This document shows positions 19,334 to 29,190 of a stretch of 64,000 nt of DNA, piece after piece. Below the pieces are notes generated by a model, which had not been told where the DNA came from, made no database searches, and saw only the letters and a program-made list of their open reading frames with translations. Positions within the stretch are counted from its first letter, which is position 1. Each line of letters opens with the position of its first letter. Origin of the DNA: a phage; sequence record PZ338877.1, one strand, 5' to 3'. The translations under genes were made by a program, and so were the position numbers.

Positions 19334-19548
19334 CTGTAGAAGATAAATTTAAGAACGCAGTTCTTACAGAAGATGGTGAGCTTGAAACATTCATTCTTCG
19401 TGTGGATGGTAAGCTATTCCGGTGTCGTTGTGGGTCAAACTGTTTCCATAAACCAGATAAAAATGACTTAGAGCTTTACGCATGTAATGCTTGTTACACT
19501 TGGTATCACTCAGAGGTTAAAAATGACAATTCTGTACAAACAAAATAA
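19330..19548 (+). CDS. zinc-ribbon protein
   Basis: 72 aa with CRCGSNC...CNAC cysteine pairs. Confidence 0.45.
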   Translation: MTVEDKFKNAVLTEDGELETFILRVDGKLFRCRCGSNCFHKPDKNDLELYACNACYTWYHSEVKNDNSVQTK

Positions 19549-20623
19549 AGACGGCTCATTCAACGTCTGGTCATGCATTGCTGTAGGTGACAAAGTTATT
19601 ACAACCTACGGTAAAGAAAATGGCAAGATGATGTTTGAGGAGTACACAGCAGAACCGAAGAACATTGGTAAAAAGAATGAGCGTAACGCTGAACAGCAAG
19701 CTCTCTTTGAAGTTGCTGCTAAGTATAAAAAGCAAGTTGACCGCAAGGGTTACGCTTACACAAAAGAGTCTGCACAGAACACTGAAAAGGTAGGTGTACA
19801 GCTTGCTCACGATGCTGCAAAGGTTAGCCATGCAAAGTATCTGAAGTTCCCTGCTGATGCTCAACCAAAACTTGATGGTGTACGTTGTAGAATTTCAAGA
19901 GATGCTGATTCAGTTAGCTTCACGGCTTATTCTCGTGAGAATACTGTTTACAACGTCCCAGCAGAACTAATCCCAGATTTACTTTTGTTGCTTAAACTGC
20001 ATCCACAAGTTGAAGACTTTGATGGTGAGATTTATGCTCATGGTTGGGACTTAGAAGATATTGTGTCTATGATTAAGAATGCTGACAACCCAGAACGTCA
20101 CCTTCTTAAATTCTACTGGTATGATATCTGTGACAATTTAAAAACTTGGCCTGAGCGTCGTGAAATTATTGATAGCTCACCCATTATTGAGCTTGGTGAT
20201 ACCTGTAGAGTAGTTCCTGTACAGACTATCCGTGTTAACTCTTGGGAAGAGTTTGATGAAGCTCATGATAAGTGGGTTGAAGCTAAGTTTGAAGGTGCAA
20301 TGTACCGTTCAATCTCTGAAGACTCCTTCTATGAGTGTTGTCACCGTTCATACTTCTTGATTAAGCACAAGAAGATGCACACTGAAGAGTTTAAAGTGAC
20401 TGGTGTCAAGACTGATAAACGTGGTCATGGCAAGTTCGTTGTAGAGACTCTTCCTAACGTTTTTGTAGATGTCTCATGGAAGACTACTCATGAGAAGAAA
20501 CAGTATCTTGCTGAGCATCCTGAAGAGTTTATCGGGAAACCTTTAACGGTTCAGTTCCAGAAGATGACTCGTAAAGGGTCTTTACAGTTCCCTGTTGGTC
20601 TCGTTATTAGGGATTATGAATAG
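19523..20623 (+). CDS. ATP-dependent DNA ligase
   Basis: nucleotidyltransferase motif I KLDGVR (compare T7 ligase KYDGVR); about 366 aa. Confidence 0.8.
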   Translation: MTILYKQNKDGSFNVWSCIAVGDKVITTYGKENGKMMFEEYTAEPKNIGKKNERNAEQQALFEVAAKYKKQVDRKGYAYTKESAQNTEKVGVQLAHDAAKVSHAKYLKFPADAQPKLDGVRCRISRDADSVSFTAYSRENTVYNVPAELIPDLLLLLKLHPQVEDFDGEIYAHGWDLEDIVSMIKNADNPERHLLKFYWYDICDNLKTWPERREIIDSSPIIELGDTCRVVPVQTIRVNSWEEFDEAHDKWVEAKFEGAMYRSISEDSFYECCHRSYFLIKHKKMHTEEFKVTGVKTDKRGHGKFVVETLPNVFVDVSWKTTHEKKQYLAEHPEEFIGKPLTVQFQKMTRKGSLQFPVGLVIRDYE

Positions 20624-20811
20624 TGAAAAGAGAGATTATCAAGTTTACAAATCCGGGTGGCTGTTGTCCGGTTCATGATAAGTACCCTAGCAACACTTAC
20701 AAGAATAGGCGCTCTATCAAGAAGAGGTCACTCTTTATTAAGAAAGAGCACAGGCATGTGAGGCGGGTCGTTAAGCAAAATCTTCATAAAACTTTATTAG
20801 AAAGTTGTTGA
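20623..20811 (+). CDS. hypothetical basic protein (GTG start)
   Basis: 62 aa ORF using GTG start; lysine/arginine-rich; weak support. Confidence 0.2.
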   Translation: MKREIIKFTNPGGCCPVHDKYPSNTYKNRRSIKKRSLFIKKEHRHVRRVVKQNLHKTLLESC

Positions 20812-20865
20812 CATAGAAAATTTGGTGAGTATACTGAGCAGCATAAACCAACGGGTACTCACCAG

Positions 20866-20904
20866 CATCACTTAAGGGTCTTCTAAGAGGGTTTTTAAGT
20901 GATG
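20866..20904. repeat. 39-bp palindromic element, copy 1
   Basis: CATCACTTAAGGGTCTTCTAAGAGGGTTTTTAAGTGATG; near-identical copy at 22396-22434. Confidence 0.8.
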
Positions 20905-21035
20905 TACGGCAATGCAAGGCTAGGTCCGGTTATGTCAGGTCGGGTCCGGTTAGGTTCTGTGCGGGTAGTTAGTCTCAGCTACATTAAAATGAGACTTACC
21001 TTTTTAAAAGGTCTTTAAACAGGGTCTTTTAATAA

Positions 21036-21118
21036 GGTTTGGTCTGGTAGGGTAGGTTGGGGTAAGGTTAGGTAAGGTGAGGTAAGGTCGGGTTTAGTAT
21101 GGTATGGGTGGATGGTAG
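21036..21118. repeat. G/T-rich tandem short repeats (GGTNNG units)
   Basis: GGTCTGGTAGGGTAGGTTGGGGTAAGGTTAGGTAAGGTGAGGTAAGGTCGGGTTTAGTATGGTATGGGTGGATGGTAG. Confidence 0.8.
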
Positions 21119-21197
21119 TAGCCACGTTAAAAATCTACCAAGTTTCTAAAGAGTCTTCTGTTGAGGGTTCTTTACAAACAACTTAACAATCAACTAA

Positions 21198-21803
<606 letters not shown>

Positions 21804-21805
21804 TT

Positions 21806-22246
21806 ATGAATACAAAAGCATTAGCAGCAAAGTTTAGTTACGGTGACACTGTATCACATTCTGAGATGGACACCTTCTTAGGGATTGTGAAGCCAACTTA
21901 TCAAGGTGACATTGTTAAGTACGAAGATGAAATGAAGGCTTATGCGCTTACACGTCTAAACCGACTTGAGAAGTTTATTGAGAAGCTTCTTAAAGAAGAG
22001 AAGATTTATCTGGTTGCTTCAATGGGTGTTGGTTATCGTGTGGTTGAACCTAAACATCAAGCAACTATTGCAAAACGCAAAATGTCTGGTAAGATTGGTC
22101 GTGCTTTAAAGCAAGCCACTCAAGCGATTGAGAATGTGAATACTATGGCACTTAGCCACCAAGAACGTTCACGACTAATTGAACAGCAAAACCACTTAGC
22201 TGCTATGAAAGCTAACATTAACAAGCAACGTAGAAAACCTTTCTAA
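21806..22246 (+). CDS. hypothetical protein (cassette gene 2)
   Basis: 146 aa; followed by strong terminator. Confidence 0.5.
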   Translation: MNTKALAAKFSYGDTVSHSEMDTFLGIVKPTYQGDIVKYEDEMKAYALTRLNRLEKFIEKLLKEEKIYLVASMGVGYRVVEPKHQATIAKRKMSGKIGRALKQATQAIENVNTMALSHQERSRLIEQQNHLAAMKANINKQRRKPF

Positions 22247-22257
22247 GTTGACTAGGT

Positions 22258-22280
22258 AGCCTCTTCGGAGGCTCCTTTTT
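22258..22280 (+). terminator. rho-independent terminator
   Basis: stem AGCCTC/GAGGCT with TTCG loop then TTTTT. Confidence 0.65.
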
Positions 22281-22310
22281 AAAAGGTCTTTTAAGAGGGT
22301 CTTTTAATGA

Positions 22311-22365
22311 GGTAAGGTGCGGTCTGGTAAGGCATGGTATGGTTGGGTGAGGTGAGGTATGGGTA
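22311..22365. repeat. G/T-rich tandem short repeats
   Basis: GGTAAGGTGCGGTCTGGTAAGGCATGGTATGGTTGGGTGAGGTGAGGTATGGGTAG. Confidence 0.8.
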
Positions 22366-22395
22366 GTTAATCGGAGCTACATTAAAATTCGATTA

Positions 22396-22434
22396 CATCA
22401 CTTAAGAGTCTTCTAAGAGGGTTTTTAAGTGATG
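22396..22434. repeat. 39-bp palindromic element, copy 2
   Basis: CATCACTTAAGAGTCTTCTAAGAGGGTTTTTAAGTGATG; 10-bp arms CATCACTTAA/TTAAGTGATG. Confidence 0.8.
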
Positions 22435-22437
22435 CTC

Positions 22438-22512
22438 GGTCGGGTTTGGTCGGGTTTGGTAGGGTGTGGTTCGGTATGGTGTGGTTTGGTGTGGTATGGT
22501 ATGGTATGGAAG
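22438..22512. repeat. G/T-rich pentamer-like tandem repeats (GGTNT)n
   Basis: GGGTTTGGTCGGGTTTGGTAGGGTGTGGTTCGGTATGGTGTGGTTTGGTGTGGTATGGTATGGTATGG. Confidence 0.8.
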
Positions 22513-22545
22513 GATGGCAGTAGCCTTATAAAAAATCTGCCAAAT

Positions 22546-22589
22546 AAGCTATAAAATCTGTTGACAAGTCAGGTGTTATAGCTTATTTT
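22546..22589 (+). promoter_or_regulatory. sigma70-like promoter with overlapping operator-like inverted repeat
   Basis: TTGACA (22561-22566) - 17 nt - TATTTT; flanked by 8-bp inverted repeat AAGCTATA/TATAGCTT; about 45 nt upstream of 22634 gene. Confidence 0.35.
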
Positions 22590-22633
22590 TATACTCAATG
22601 TAATACAAAATTTAATATAACTTTGAGGTCATT

Positions 22634-23017
22634 ATGAAAAAGATTTTATTAGCTGCTGCAATGGTTATGGCAATGAATTTATCAGTCAATGCAACAGAAC
22701 TCCCCAATGTGGACTTATCAGGTGTTCCAGAAGACACTTGCCAGATTGTAAAAGGTGTCGCTCTAGCTAATGGCGAGCTACTTAAACCAATCTCTGAAGA
22801 ATCTTTAACAGAGATGACGGATAAGGTAACTGACTATCAGTATCGTGTTCTTGCAGAGTATTTCCTGCAATCTGCAAACATTAAAGAGAAGCACCATGAG
22901 GATATTGATGTACAGGCTATGCTCAATCATCGTATTCAGTTTAAAGAAGATTTGATGCAAAAAGCTATGTACGGTGTTGAGTATTTCTTAGAAAACAGAA
23001 GCTGCACAGGTATTTGA
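22634..23017 (+). CDS. secreted/periplasmic protein
   Basis: 127 aa; N-terminal signal peptide MKKILLAAAMVMAMNLSVNA with A-x-A cleavage context. Confidence 0.5.
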   Translation: MKKILLAAAMVMAMNLSVNATELPNVDLSGVPEDTCQIVKGVALANGELLKPISEESLTEMTDKVTDYQYRVLAEYFLQSANIKEKHHEDIDVQAMLNHRIQFKEDLMQKAMYGVEYFLENRSCTGI

Positions 23018-23018
23018 T

Positions 23019-23231
23019 ATGGCTCTTAAAAAGTTACATCCCAGAAGCGGTTATGGTAAGATAATTGATGATACAGACGGCTTTACAGTCTTTACAGTTA
23101 TCTGTCAAGATGATTCACAGATTGAAAAGGCTCTTGATGATTATCTTAATGATGAACGTGAAAAGGTTAGGGCTACAAACATAGATTCATTGATTGACAC
23201 TTCACGCAAACGGAAGAAGAAAGATGAATGA
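23019..23231 (+). CDS. hypothetical protein
   Basis: 70 aa, basic C-terminus. Confidence 0.4.
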   Translation: MALKKLHPRSGYGKIIDDTDGFTVFTVICQDDSQIEKALDDYLNDEREKVRATNIDSLIDTSRKRKKKDE

Positions 23232-23523
23232 GGTTTTTGACCCTTATGCTCCACAAGATGATTGGGAGGCTGACAGAGAGGCTGAAATGGAAAGCTATAT
23301 TTGTCCAATGGATGTAGACGAAATGAGAGATTTCGTTGCACATCGTTTTAAGAGAGAGATTAAATCCAGAGGTCTTTCTCAAGAGCAAGTTGCTAAAATT
23401 TGTGGTATCTCTCAGGCTCGTGTATCCAACATAGTCAATCTCACTGGTAATGTCTCTCTTGAGTTTATGTTGGAAGTATGCGAAAAATTTGGTGTTAATT
23501 TTAATTTAAGGCTGGCAGATTAA
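23224..23523 (+). CDS. helix-turn-helix transcriptional regulator (XRE/Cro-like)
   Basis: HTH-like segment LSQEQVAKICGISQARVSNIVN; start at MNEVF overlapping previous stop. Confidence 0.55.
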   Translation: MNEVFDPYAPQDDWEADREAEMESYICPMDVDEMRDFVAHRFKREIKSRGLSQEQVAKICGISQARVSNIVNLTGNVSLEFMLEVCEKFGVNFNLRLAD

Positions 23524-23524
23524 T

Positions 23525-23884
23525 ATGAAACGTGAAAACATTATCCACTCTGAAAACTTCGCATTAGGCTTTTATGGTGTGCCTACTCACCTTGAAAAGC
23601 ATTACGGTGCTAAGATTCTTTCCAATCTCATTATGGCTTACAAAGATGGTAAGATTAAGCATACTGAGAAGAAGCGAGTCATGGGATACATGGCTGTAGG
23701 TTCAGCAATCTCGAACATTAAACTGGAAACAACAAGTAATAAAATTGTAAAAGACCACTTTATCCAAGAGCTTTACCACAATCTTGATGGTGTAGATGTT
23801 CAGGCTGTTTGGTTGGATGTTGATGGTCACAACTACACAAGTTTCGTTTTCAAAAATGATGACATCAAGTGTCTGTTCCCATAA
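23525..23884 (+). CDS. hypothetical protein
   Basis: 119 aa ORF. Confidence 0.5.
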   Translation: MKRENIIHSENFALGFYGVPTHLEKHYGAKILSNLIMAYKDGKIKHTEKKRVMGYMAVGSAISNIKLETTSNKIVKDHFIQELYHNLDGVDVQAVWLDVDGHNYTSFVFKNDDIKCLFP

Positions 23885-23897
23885 TAGGTGATTAGTT

Positions 23898-24413
23898 ATG
23901 ATTGATATCTTCTTACAAGATGCTCATGCAGATTTCCTTAAAGAGATGCTTAAAAAGTTTATGGCTTCACAGTATGAGAATGAAGCATCTTTTAAAATAG
24001 TTACGTGTGGCGACGAAGCTGGTTTTGTTGAGATTGAACATGAAGGTACTGGAAAGACTGTTTGCAAGTTACCTGATAGTATGTTCTCTAATACATTCTT
24101 AACAAAGACTAGTATCAATGTTAAGCTGGTTCCACAGATTGAAACATACTCTGGTACAGATTATCCTAAAGGCTTTAAATCACTGATGAAGCACTTCTTA
24201 GATGATTTCGTAAGTAATCTTATTAGTGAGGTAACAGAAAGCCGTACAATATTAACTGTAGAGAACATCGGAGGAACTATCAGGATTACTTCTGACCGCT
24301 ACTCTATGAGCCTCTTCGACTTCGTTCCTAAGAACTTTGATGGTATTCTGGATGAAGAAGATGACTGTGTAGACTTTATATTGGTTCTTGAGCCAGTTTT
24401 TGAGGTTAAATAA
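23898..24413 (+). CDS. hypothetical protein
   Basis: 171 aa ORF. Confidence 0.5.
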   Translation: MIDIFLQDAHADFLKEMLKKFMASQYENEASFKIVTCGDEAGFVEIEHEGTGKTVCKLPDSMFSNTFLTKTSINVKLVPQIETYSGTDYPKGFKSLMKHFLDDFVSNLISEVTESRTILTVENIGGTIRITSDRYSMSLFDFVPKNFDGILDEEDDCVDFILVLEPVFEVK

Positions 24414-24674
24414 ATGAAAATTGAACACTGCTATGAGTCTGATGGAACACCTATCCGTTGTCCACATTGTGGATGTACAGACTTGCAAGGTGAAGTTCAT
24501 GTGATTGTTAATGGTCATATAGCTGAAGAAAGTACTACATGTGTTGGTTGTGGTGAGCATCTATCATTCTGGGCTTATGGTTCATACCAACCTACACCAC
24601 ACTTAATCTACCATAGTAATAAAGCTGTGAAGAATGTTATCAACTGGTTCATTAAGAAAGGATTTATAAAATGA
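24414..24674 (+). CDS. zinc-ribbon protein
   Basis: CPHCGC...CVGCGE cysteine pairs. Confidence 0.45.
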   Translation: MKIEHCYESDGTPIRCPHCGCTDLQGEVHVIVNGHIAEESTTCVGCGEHLSFWAYGSYQPTPHLIYHSNKAVKNVINWFIKKGFIK

Positions 24675-25216
24675 TTAAACTAATTTTTGCAAGTGGTGAA
24701 AATGGGGAGTTTGGTACTCCAACTGGTATGCCGTGGCCTCGACATAAACAGGACATGCAAGAGTTTAAGAGGCTCACTAAAAATAACTTAGTAGTGATGG
24801 GTAATGAGACTTTTAAGACTCTGGGGAGTAAACCTTTACCAGAACGTGCAAACCTCATCTTAACAAACTCTGTACCATACTTAGGCATAGACTTTGGCAA
24901 AGATGAAGTAATGTATGCTAAAGCCAGCAAAGAATCCTTTGGAGCATTTTTGAAGTATCTTGATAGCTCTATTGATGAAGATGTCTTTGTAATTGGTGGT
25001 GCAGGTGTCCTTGTCGATGCTTTACCGTATGCTGATGTAGTGTTCCATACAGTTTTCCATAAAGTTACTGAAGAGGCCACTGTACATTTACCTTTTGAAA
25101 ACTTCTTTGAGAAGTTGTATGATAACCGTGTATTTACAAAGGTACAGTCAAAACCATCAGAGGATGGTAAAGCAACTTTTGAAATTTATGTTCCACAAGT
25201 AAAAGGACAATTTTGA
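24671..25216 (+). CDS. folA: dihydrofolate reductase
   Basis: 181 aa; N-terminal IFASGENGEFG...MPWP motif typical of DHFR; directly upstream of thymidylate synthase. Confidence 0.8.
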   Translation: MIKLIFASGENGEFGTPTGMPWPRHKQDMQEFKRLTKNNLVVMGNETFKTLGSKPLPERANLILTNSVPYLGIDFGKDEVMYAKASKESFGAFLKYLDSSIDEDVFVIGGAGVLVDALPYADVVFHTVFHKVTEEATVHLPFENFFEKLYDNRVFTKVQSKPSEDGKATFEIYVPQVKGQF

Positions 25217-25217
25217 T

Positions 25218-26117
25218 ATGTCACAAGCAGATTCGAGTTACAAAAATATCCTGAACCATGTTTTGTCAGTTGGTGAACTGCGTACTACACGAACTGGAGA
25301 TGTTATCTCTGCATTTGCTCCACCTCAGTTTCGTTTTGATATGCGAACTGGTTTCCCGCTCTTAACATCTAAACAGGTGTTTACACGGCAAGTTATTGGG
25401 GAAGCTTTATGGTTCCTGAATGGTGAGAATAAGCTGGGTGAACTCCGTTACCGCACTTGGGGTGAAAATGATGGAGAACGTTGGACTATCTGGTCAGATG
25501 ATTTTAAACGCTGGTTAAGCTCTAATTATTCTTCTGAACAGGATTGGTTAGAGGATGCAGGTGGAAGAATCTACGGAGTTCAGTGGAGAAACTTTGAAGG
25601 TCATAATGGTTGTGTTGTAGACCAGTTAGAAACCTTAGTAACAAAGATGAAGGGTGATATCACAGACCGTTACATGCTAGTTAATGCTTGGAATGCAGCA
25701 GATATTGCAGCAAACTCAATGGCTTTAGCACCTTGTCATGTTCTGTTTCAGATTTATATCACTAATGAAGGTGAAGTTGACTTACAATGGTATCAGCGTT
25801 CAGTAGACACCTTTTTAGGACTTCCGTTTAATATTGCATCTTATGGTTTTATTCTGGAAGTTCTTTGTAAGATGACTGGATACACTCCACGGTACTTGAT
25901 AGGTGTCTTTGGAGATACTCAGATTTATCAGAACCATATGAAGCAGGTTTATGAACTGATGAGCAATGAAGAGTTCCATGCACCTACTTTTGAGATTGGT
26001 CTACAACTTAATACTTTAAGTGACCTGAAACATCTCACTGCAAGTGACTTTATTGGTGGCATTATCAACTACCAACATGCAGGGAAGATTGAAGCACCTT
26101 TGTCAGTAGGTAAATAA
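25218..26117 (+). CDS. thyA: thymidylate synthase
   Basis: 299 aa; active-site region ALAPCH and conserved ThyA-like blocks; ORF uninterrupted (no intron). Confidence 0.85.
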   Translation: MSQADSSYKNILNHVLSVGELRTTRTGDVISAFAPPQFRFDMRTGFPLLTSKQVFTRQVIGEALWFLNGENKLGELRYRTWGENDGERWTIWSDDFKRWLSSNYSSEQDWLEDAGGRIYGVQWRNFEGHNGCVVDQLETLVTKMKGDITDRYMLVNAWNAADIAANSMALAPCHVLFQIYITNEGEVDLQWYQRSVDTFLGLPFNIASYGFILEVLCKMTGYTPRYLIGVFGDTQIYQNHMKQVYELMSNEEFHAPTFEIGLQLNTLSDLKHLTASDFIGGIINYQHAGKIEAPLSVGK

Positions 26118-26124
26118 AACAAAA

Positions 26125-26148
26125 AAGGCTCCCGTAAGAAGGAGCCTT
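26125..26148. terminator. hairpin terminator between convergent genes
   Basis: 8-bp stem AAGGCTCC/GGAGCCTT; A-tract on plus side gives U-tract for the minus-strand gene. Confidence 0.5.
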
Positions 26149-26153
26149 AAACT

Positions 26154-26525
26154 TTACTTTTCAGTATTCTTTGTGTTCTTCTCAGTAATAGCTTGGAGGG
26201 CTGATACTGATTGAGCCAGATTGTTAACACTATCAGAGAATTTATCAAGAGTCTTAGTAAGTTTTGCGTTCTCACCCTTAACATTCTCTAACTGGACTTT
26301 CTGGTTCTCCATCCCTAGCTGAAGCAGCCTCATATCAGACTGTAAATCACGAATAGCTGAATAATTACTTTTGGAATAATTATCTAACTGCTGTAACTTT
26401 GTTGTGATAGACACTTCTTGCTTACCATCCGAGACTTGCATGGTGGTATACATCCCAATAACACTAAAAATACCAACTACAATTGCACCAATATTATTTT
26501 TAAAAGCTTCCTCTAGCCACTTCAT
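26154..26525 (-). CDS. membrane-anchored coiled-coil protein (candidate lysis/spanin-like or fibre-assembly)
   Basis: 123 aa; N-terminal TM IGAIVVGIFSVIGMYTTM then coiled-coil region. Confidence 0.4.
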   Translation of the reverse strand: MKWLEEAFKNNIGAIVVGIFSVIGMYTTMQVSDGKQEVSITTKLQQLDNYSKSNYSAIRDLQSDMRLLQLGMENQKVQLENVKGENAKLTKTLDKFSDSVNNLAQSVSALQAITEKNTKNTEK

Positions 26526-26719
26526 TTATTCTCCCCCTTAAAAGCTTTTTCTAAGTTATCTACGAACTCATCATCAATAGGTGTGTCTGTCTTACTCGCA
26601 AGGTATCTTGCAAGCCTAAAGAACACTTTCTCAATCATGTATTCACTTAGAAGGGATAAAATGAGTTTCCAGAAGAAGCTACCTAGATTTTTTAGAAGAA
26701 TTGCTAGGATTGTAGGCAT
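26522..26719 (-). CDS. small membrane protein
   Basis: 65 aa, hydrophobic N-terminus; ATGA overlap with downstream gene. Confidence 0.35.
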   Translation of the reverse strand: MPTILAILLKNLGSFFWKLILSLLSEYMIEKVFFRLARYLASKTDTPIDDEFVDNLEKAFKGENK

Positions 26720-26798
26720 TTAATCACCTCATCAGCCAAGATGGTGAGAATACCCATAAAGAATATTAACACCATCTTAACAATCAGTCAATAAGGGA

Positions 26799-29144
26799 TT
26801 AAGCAGTTCTTACCCAAGCCATTAACTTGTAGAACTGGTTAGTAACACTAAATGCTGAACCAGAACCTGTACCCCCAGTGTTACCACTTACTGTGTGACT
26901 GTGAGCACCAATACCAACTGAGTGAGCGTGGTTACCAGCAGACGCAGCAGTACCACTTACAGAGTGGGTGTGAGCACCGTTAGCATCAGTGTAACCCGGC
27001 CCTGAACCAACGTATGCACCACCACCACCAGAATAGTGCTGTGAGTTCTGACCAATCCACGAAATAGAGTGGTTGTGGTTACCAGCAGATGAAGTAGAGC
27101 CACTTACAGAGTGACTGTGAGCACCAGTTGTGTTAGTGTTTTTTGTTCCGTAGTCAAAAGATGAAGTGGTAGCAGAAAAACTGTGAGTGTGTGAAGGCAA
27201 GTTCCCAACAGCTAACGTCACAGAGTCTGAACCACCAGTTGTAGCAACATCTGAACCGTTTGCTGCTGCAATTCTGATAGTTCTACCAACACCATTGTTG
27301 AGGTACGTCCAAGTTAGACCAGGCAGTGCTGTATTAGGGTCAACATTACTGTTAAACCATGTCACAATACCCACTGGATAGATTTTATTAAGGTCTGTAG
27401 AATCACTTACTGCCTGTGCAATCTTCTGGTCAGTTTCAGTTTTAGTGTATGCACCAAGCTCTGAAGGGGTTGGTTTAAATGCCGTTGAATACAACTGTGC
27501 AGTTCCAACATATTCTCCATCTGACCCATAAGCATATGTGAAGACATCAAGACCTTTAGACCCATATGTAAAAGAAATACCTCTAGCATGAGCAATACCA
27601 GCAGAATGTGCTACATGGATGGCTAAATCTTTCATACCCTGCTCAATATCGTTGTTTCTTACAAACCCTGAATAGTCTTTATTGAATGATGCTGTGTCAT
27701 CCAACCTATTAGTTGTCCTTACCATTAAAGATTGGTTTAACAGTTTTGTTTTTAAGAAATATCTAGCATCAATGTTAGTCCAATCTGAAGGCTGAACTTG
27801 ACCAATGATTTTCACATTTTTATTCAACAAGAAAACATCTTGCATATAAATCGTAGTTGCAGTGCTGCTGTTATGGATAATAAGTCTTTCTGGGTTGGAT
27901 GATTCCCCATTCCCAATGTACCACCTTCTAACACCATCAGCATTATGACCAGCAAAGTATAGCTCTCCGTCTTGTGTAGTATTCTTTAGCTGTAACAATG
28001 AGCCATTCTGATTAATAATCTGTGCAGACCTGAAAGTGTTCACATCACTTAACTTAGCAAGATTACTCAAAGTTCCTGCTGGGATGTATCTAGCGTCAAT
28101 GTTAGTCCAATCTGAAGGCTGAACTTGACCAGTGATTTTCACAGTCTTAGTAGTGGTAATCACATTTGACAAAGAGATAGTTGTACTCGTGGTGTAGTTA
28201 TGTAGGTTGACTACAGAATCAGAGTTATCAGTCCCTAAGTAGAACTTGTTTGTCCCATCAGCTTTCTGACCAAGCAGGTATAGCCCAGTTGCATCAGAGG
28301 CATTTTTAATAACTAGCACAGCATTATCTCTAGTGATATTGAACTCTCCTACAAAATTATTAATACCCCTGAAGGTGTTATTACCAACTAGCTGTGCAAA
28401 TCTCTGATTAGCTGCCGTCTGTGTGAAGTATCTAGCATCTAAGTTAGACCAATCAGAAGGTTGAACTTGACCAGTAATCTGGAGAGACTTGTTCACAGTG
28501 ATTAAGCTATCCAAAATAGCTACATATGCACCAGATTTAACATTTTTTAAAACAAGATTGTCTGTACCTTTGTTATCATTACCTAGATACCACCTGTTAG
28601 TACCATCTGCATCTTGACCGCGAATATACAGCGGCATTCCTTGTGTAATATTCTTAACAATAATAGTTTCATTATCAGATAGAATATTTTGAGTACCTCT
28701 AAAGGTGTTACTTGCAGCCAATCTTGAGTATCTTGCATCATTCTCTTCATTAGTTCTCATCCCAAGCTCATTAGGGCTTGGCTTATTCAGAGTATGATAA
28801 ACAGTTGCCGACCTTGAAGCATCTGCAATAGTTAGTTTAAGGCCATTTGCGTTAATTTTAAAAGTCTTTAAAACATCCCCGATATTAATCTCAGAAGAGC
28901 CTGTTGGGTCAAAGACTGCCTTACCACCATAAAGTAACTTAACAATCCCTAAGTCACCCGTCATAGTACTACCAGCAATCTGGACAAATCTCTCAAGCTT
29001 AAAAGACGCTAAGAAGTCTTGATAGGTCATTCGACGGTCTTCATCACCTAGCATTTCAGGTCTCTTTTTAACCCTGACATGGAGAAGGTCGTCTGAACGA
29101 ATTGTATCAATTGAGTTTAATTCACTCAACTTGTAATCTGCCAT
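26799..29144 (-). CDS. long tail fibre with HxH-rich distal tip
   Basis: about 782 aa from internal ATG ([10 protein letters not shown]) with AAGAGG RBS; three tandem ~110-aa repeats each ending QVQPSDW(S/T)N(L/I)DARY; C-terminal Gly/Ser/His-rich HxH repeats. Confidence 0.7.
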   Translation of the reverse strand: MADYKLSELNSIDTIRSDDLLHVRVKKRPEMLGDEDRRMTYQDFLASFKLERFVQIAGSTMTGDLGIVKLLYGGKAVFDPTGSSEINIGDVLKTFKINANGLKLTIADASRSATVYHTLNKPSPNELGMRTNEENDARYSRLAASNTFRGTQNILSDNETIIVKNITQGMPLYIRGQDADGTNRWYLGNDNKGTDNLVLKNVKSGAYVAILDSLITVNKSLQITGQVQPSDWSNLDARYFTQTAANQRFAQLVGNNTFRGINNFVGEFNITRDNAVLVIKNASDATGLYLLGQKADGTNKFYLGTDNSDSVVNLHNYTTSTTISLSNVITTTKTVKITGQVQPSDWTNIDARYIPAGTLSNLAKLSDVNTFRSAQIINQNGSLLQLKNTTQDGELYFAGHNADGVRRWYIGNGESSNPERLIIHNSSTATTIYMQDVFLLNKNVKIIGQVQPSDWTNIDARYFLKTKLLNQSLMVRTTNRLDDTASFNKDYSGFVRNNDIEQGMKDLAIHVAHSAGIAHARGISFTYGSKGLDVFTYAYGSDGEYVGTAQLYSTAFKPTPSELGAYTKTETDQKIAQAVSDSTDLNKIYPVGIVTWFNSNVDPNTALPGLTWTYLNNGVGRTIRIAAANGSDVATTGGSDSVTLAVGNLPSHTHSFSATTSSFDYGTKNTNTTGAHSHSVSGSTSSAGNHNHSISWIGQNSQHYSGGGGAYVGSGPGYTDANGAHTHSVSGTAASAGNHAHSVGIGAHSHTVSGNTGGTGSGSAFSVTNQFYKLMAWVRTA
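27700..28750 (-). repeat. three tandem ~330-bp intragenic repeats in tail fibre gene
   Basis: near-identical DNA blocks TATCTAGC(A/G)TC(A/T)A(T/A)GTTAG(T/A)CCAATC(T/A)GAAGG(C/T)TGAACTTGACC at 27762, 28087, 28429. Confidence 0.8.
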
Positions 29145-29190
29145 TATAAATTTTCCTCTTAAAAGGGGCTTTATAGCCCCTGTAAAGAAA

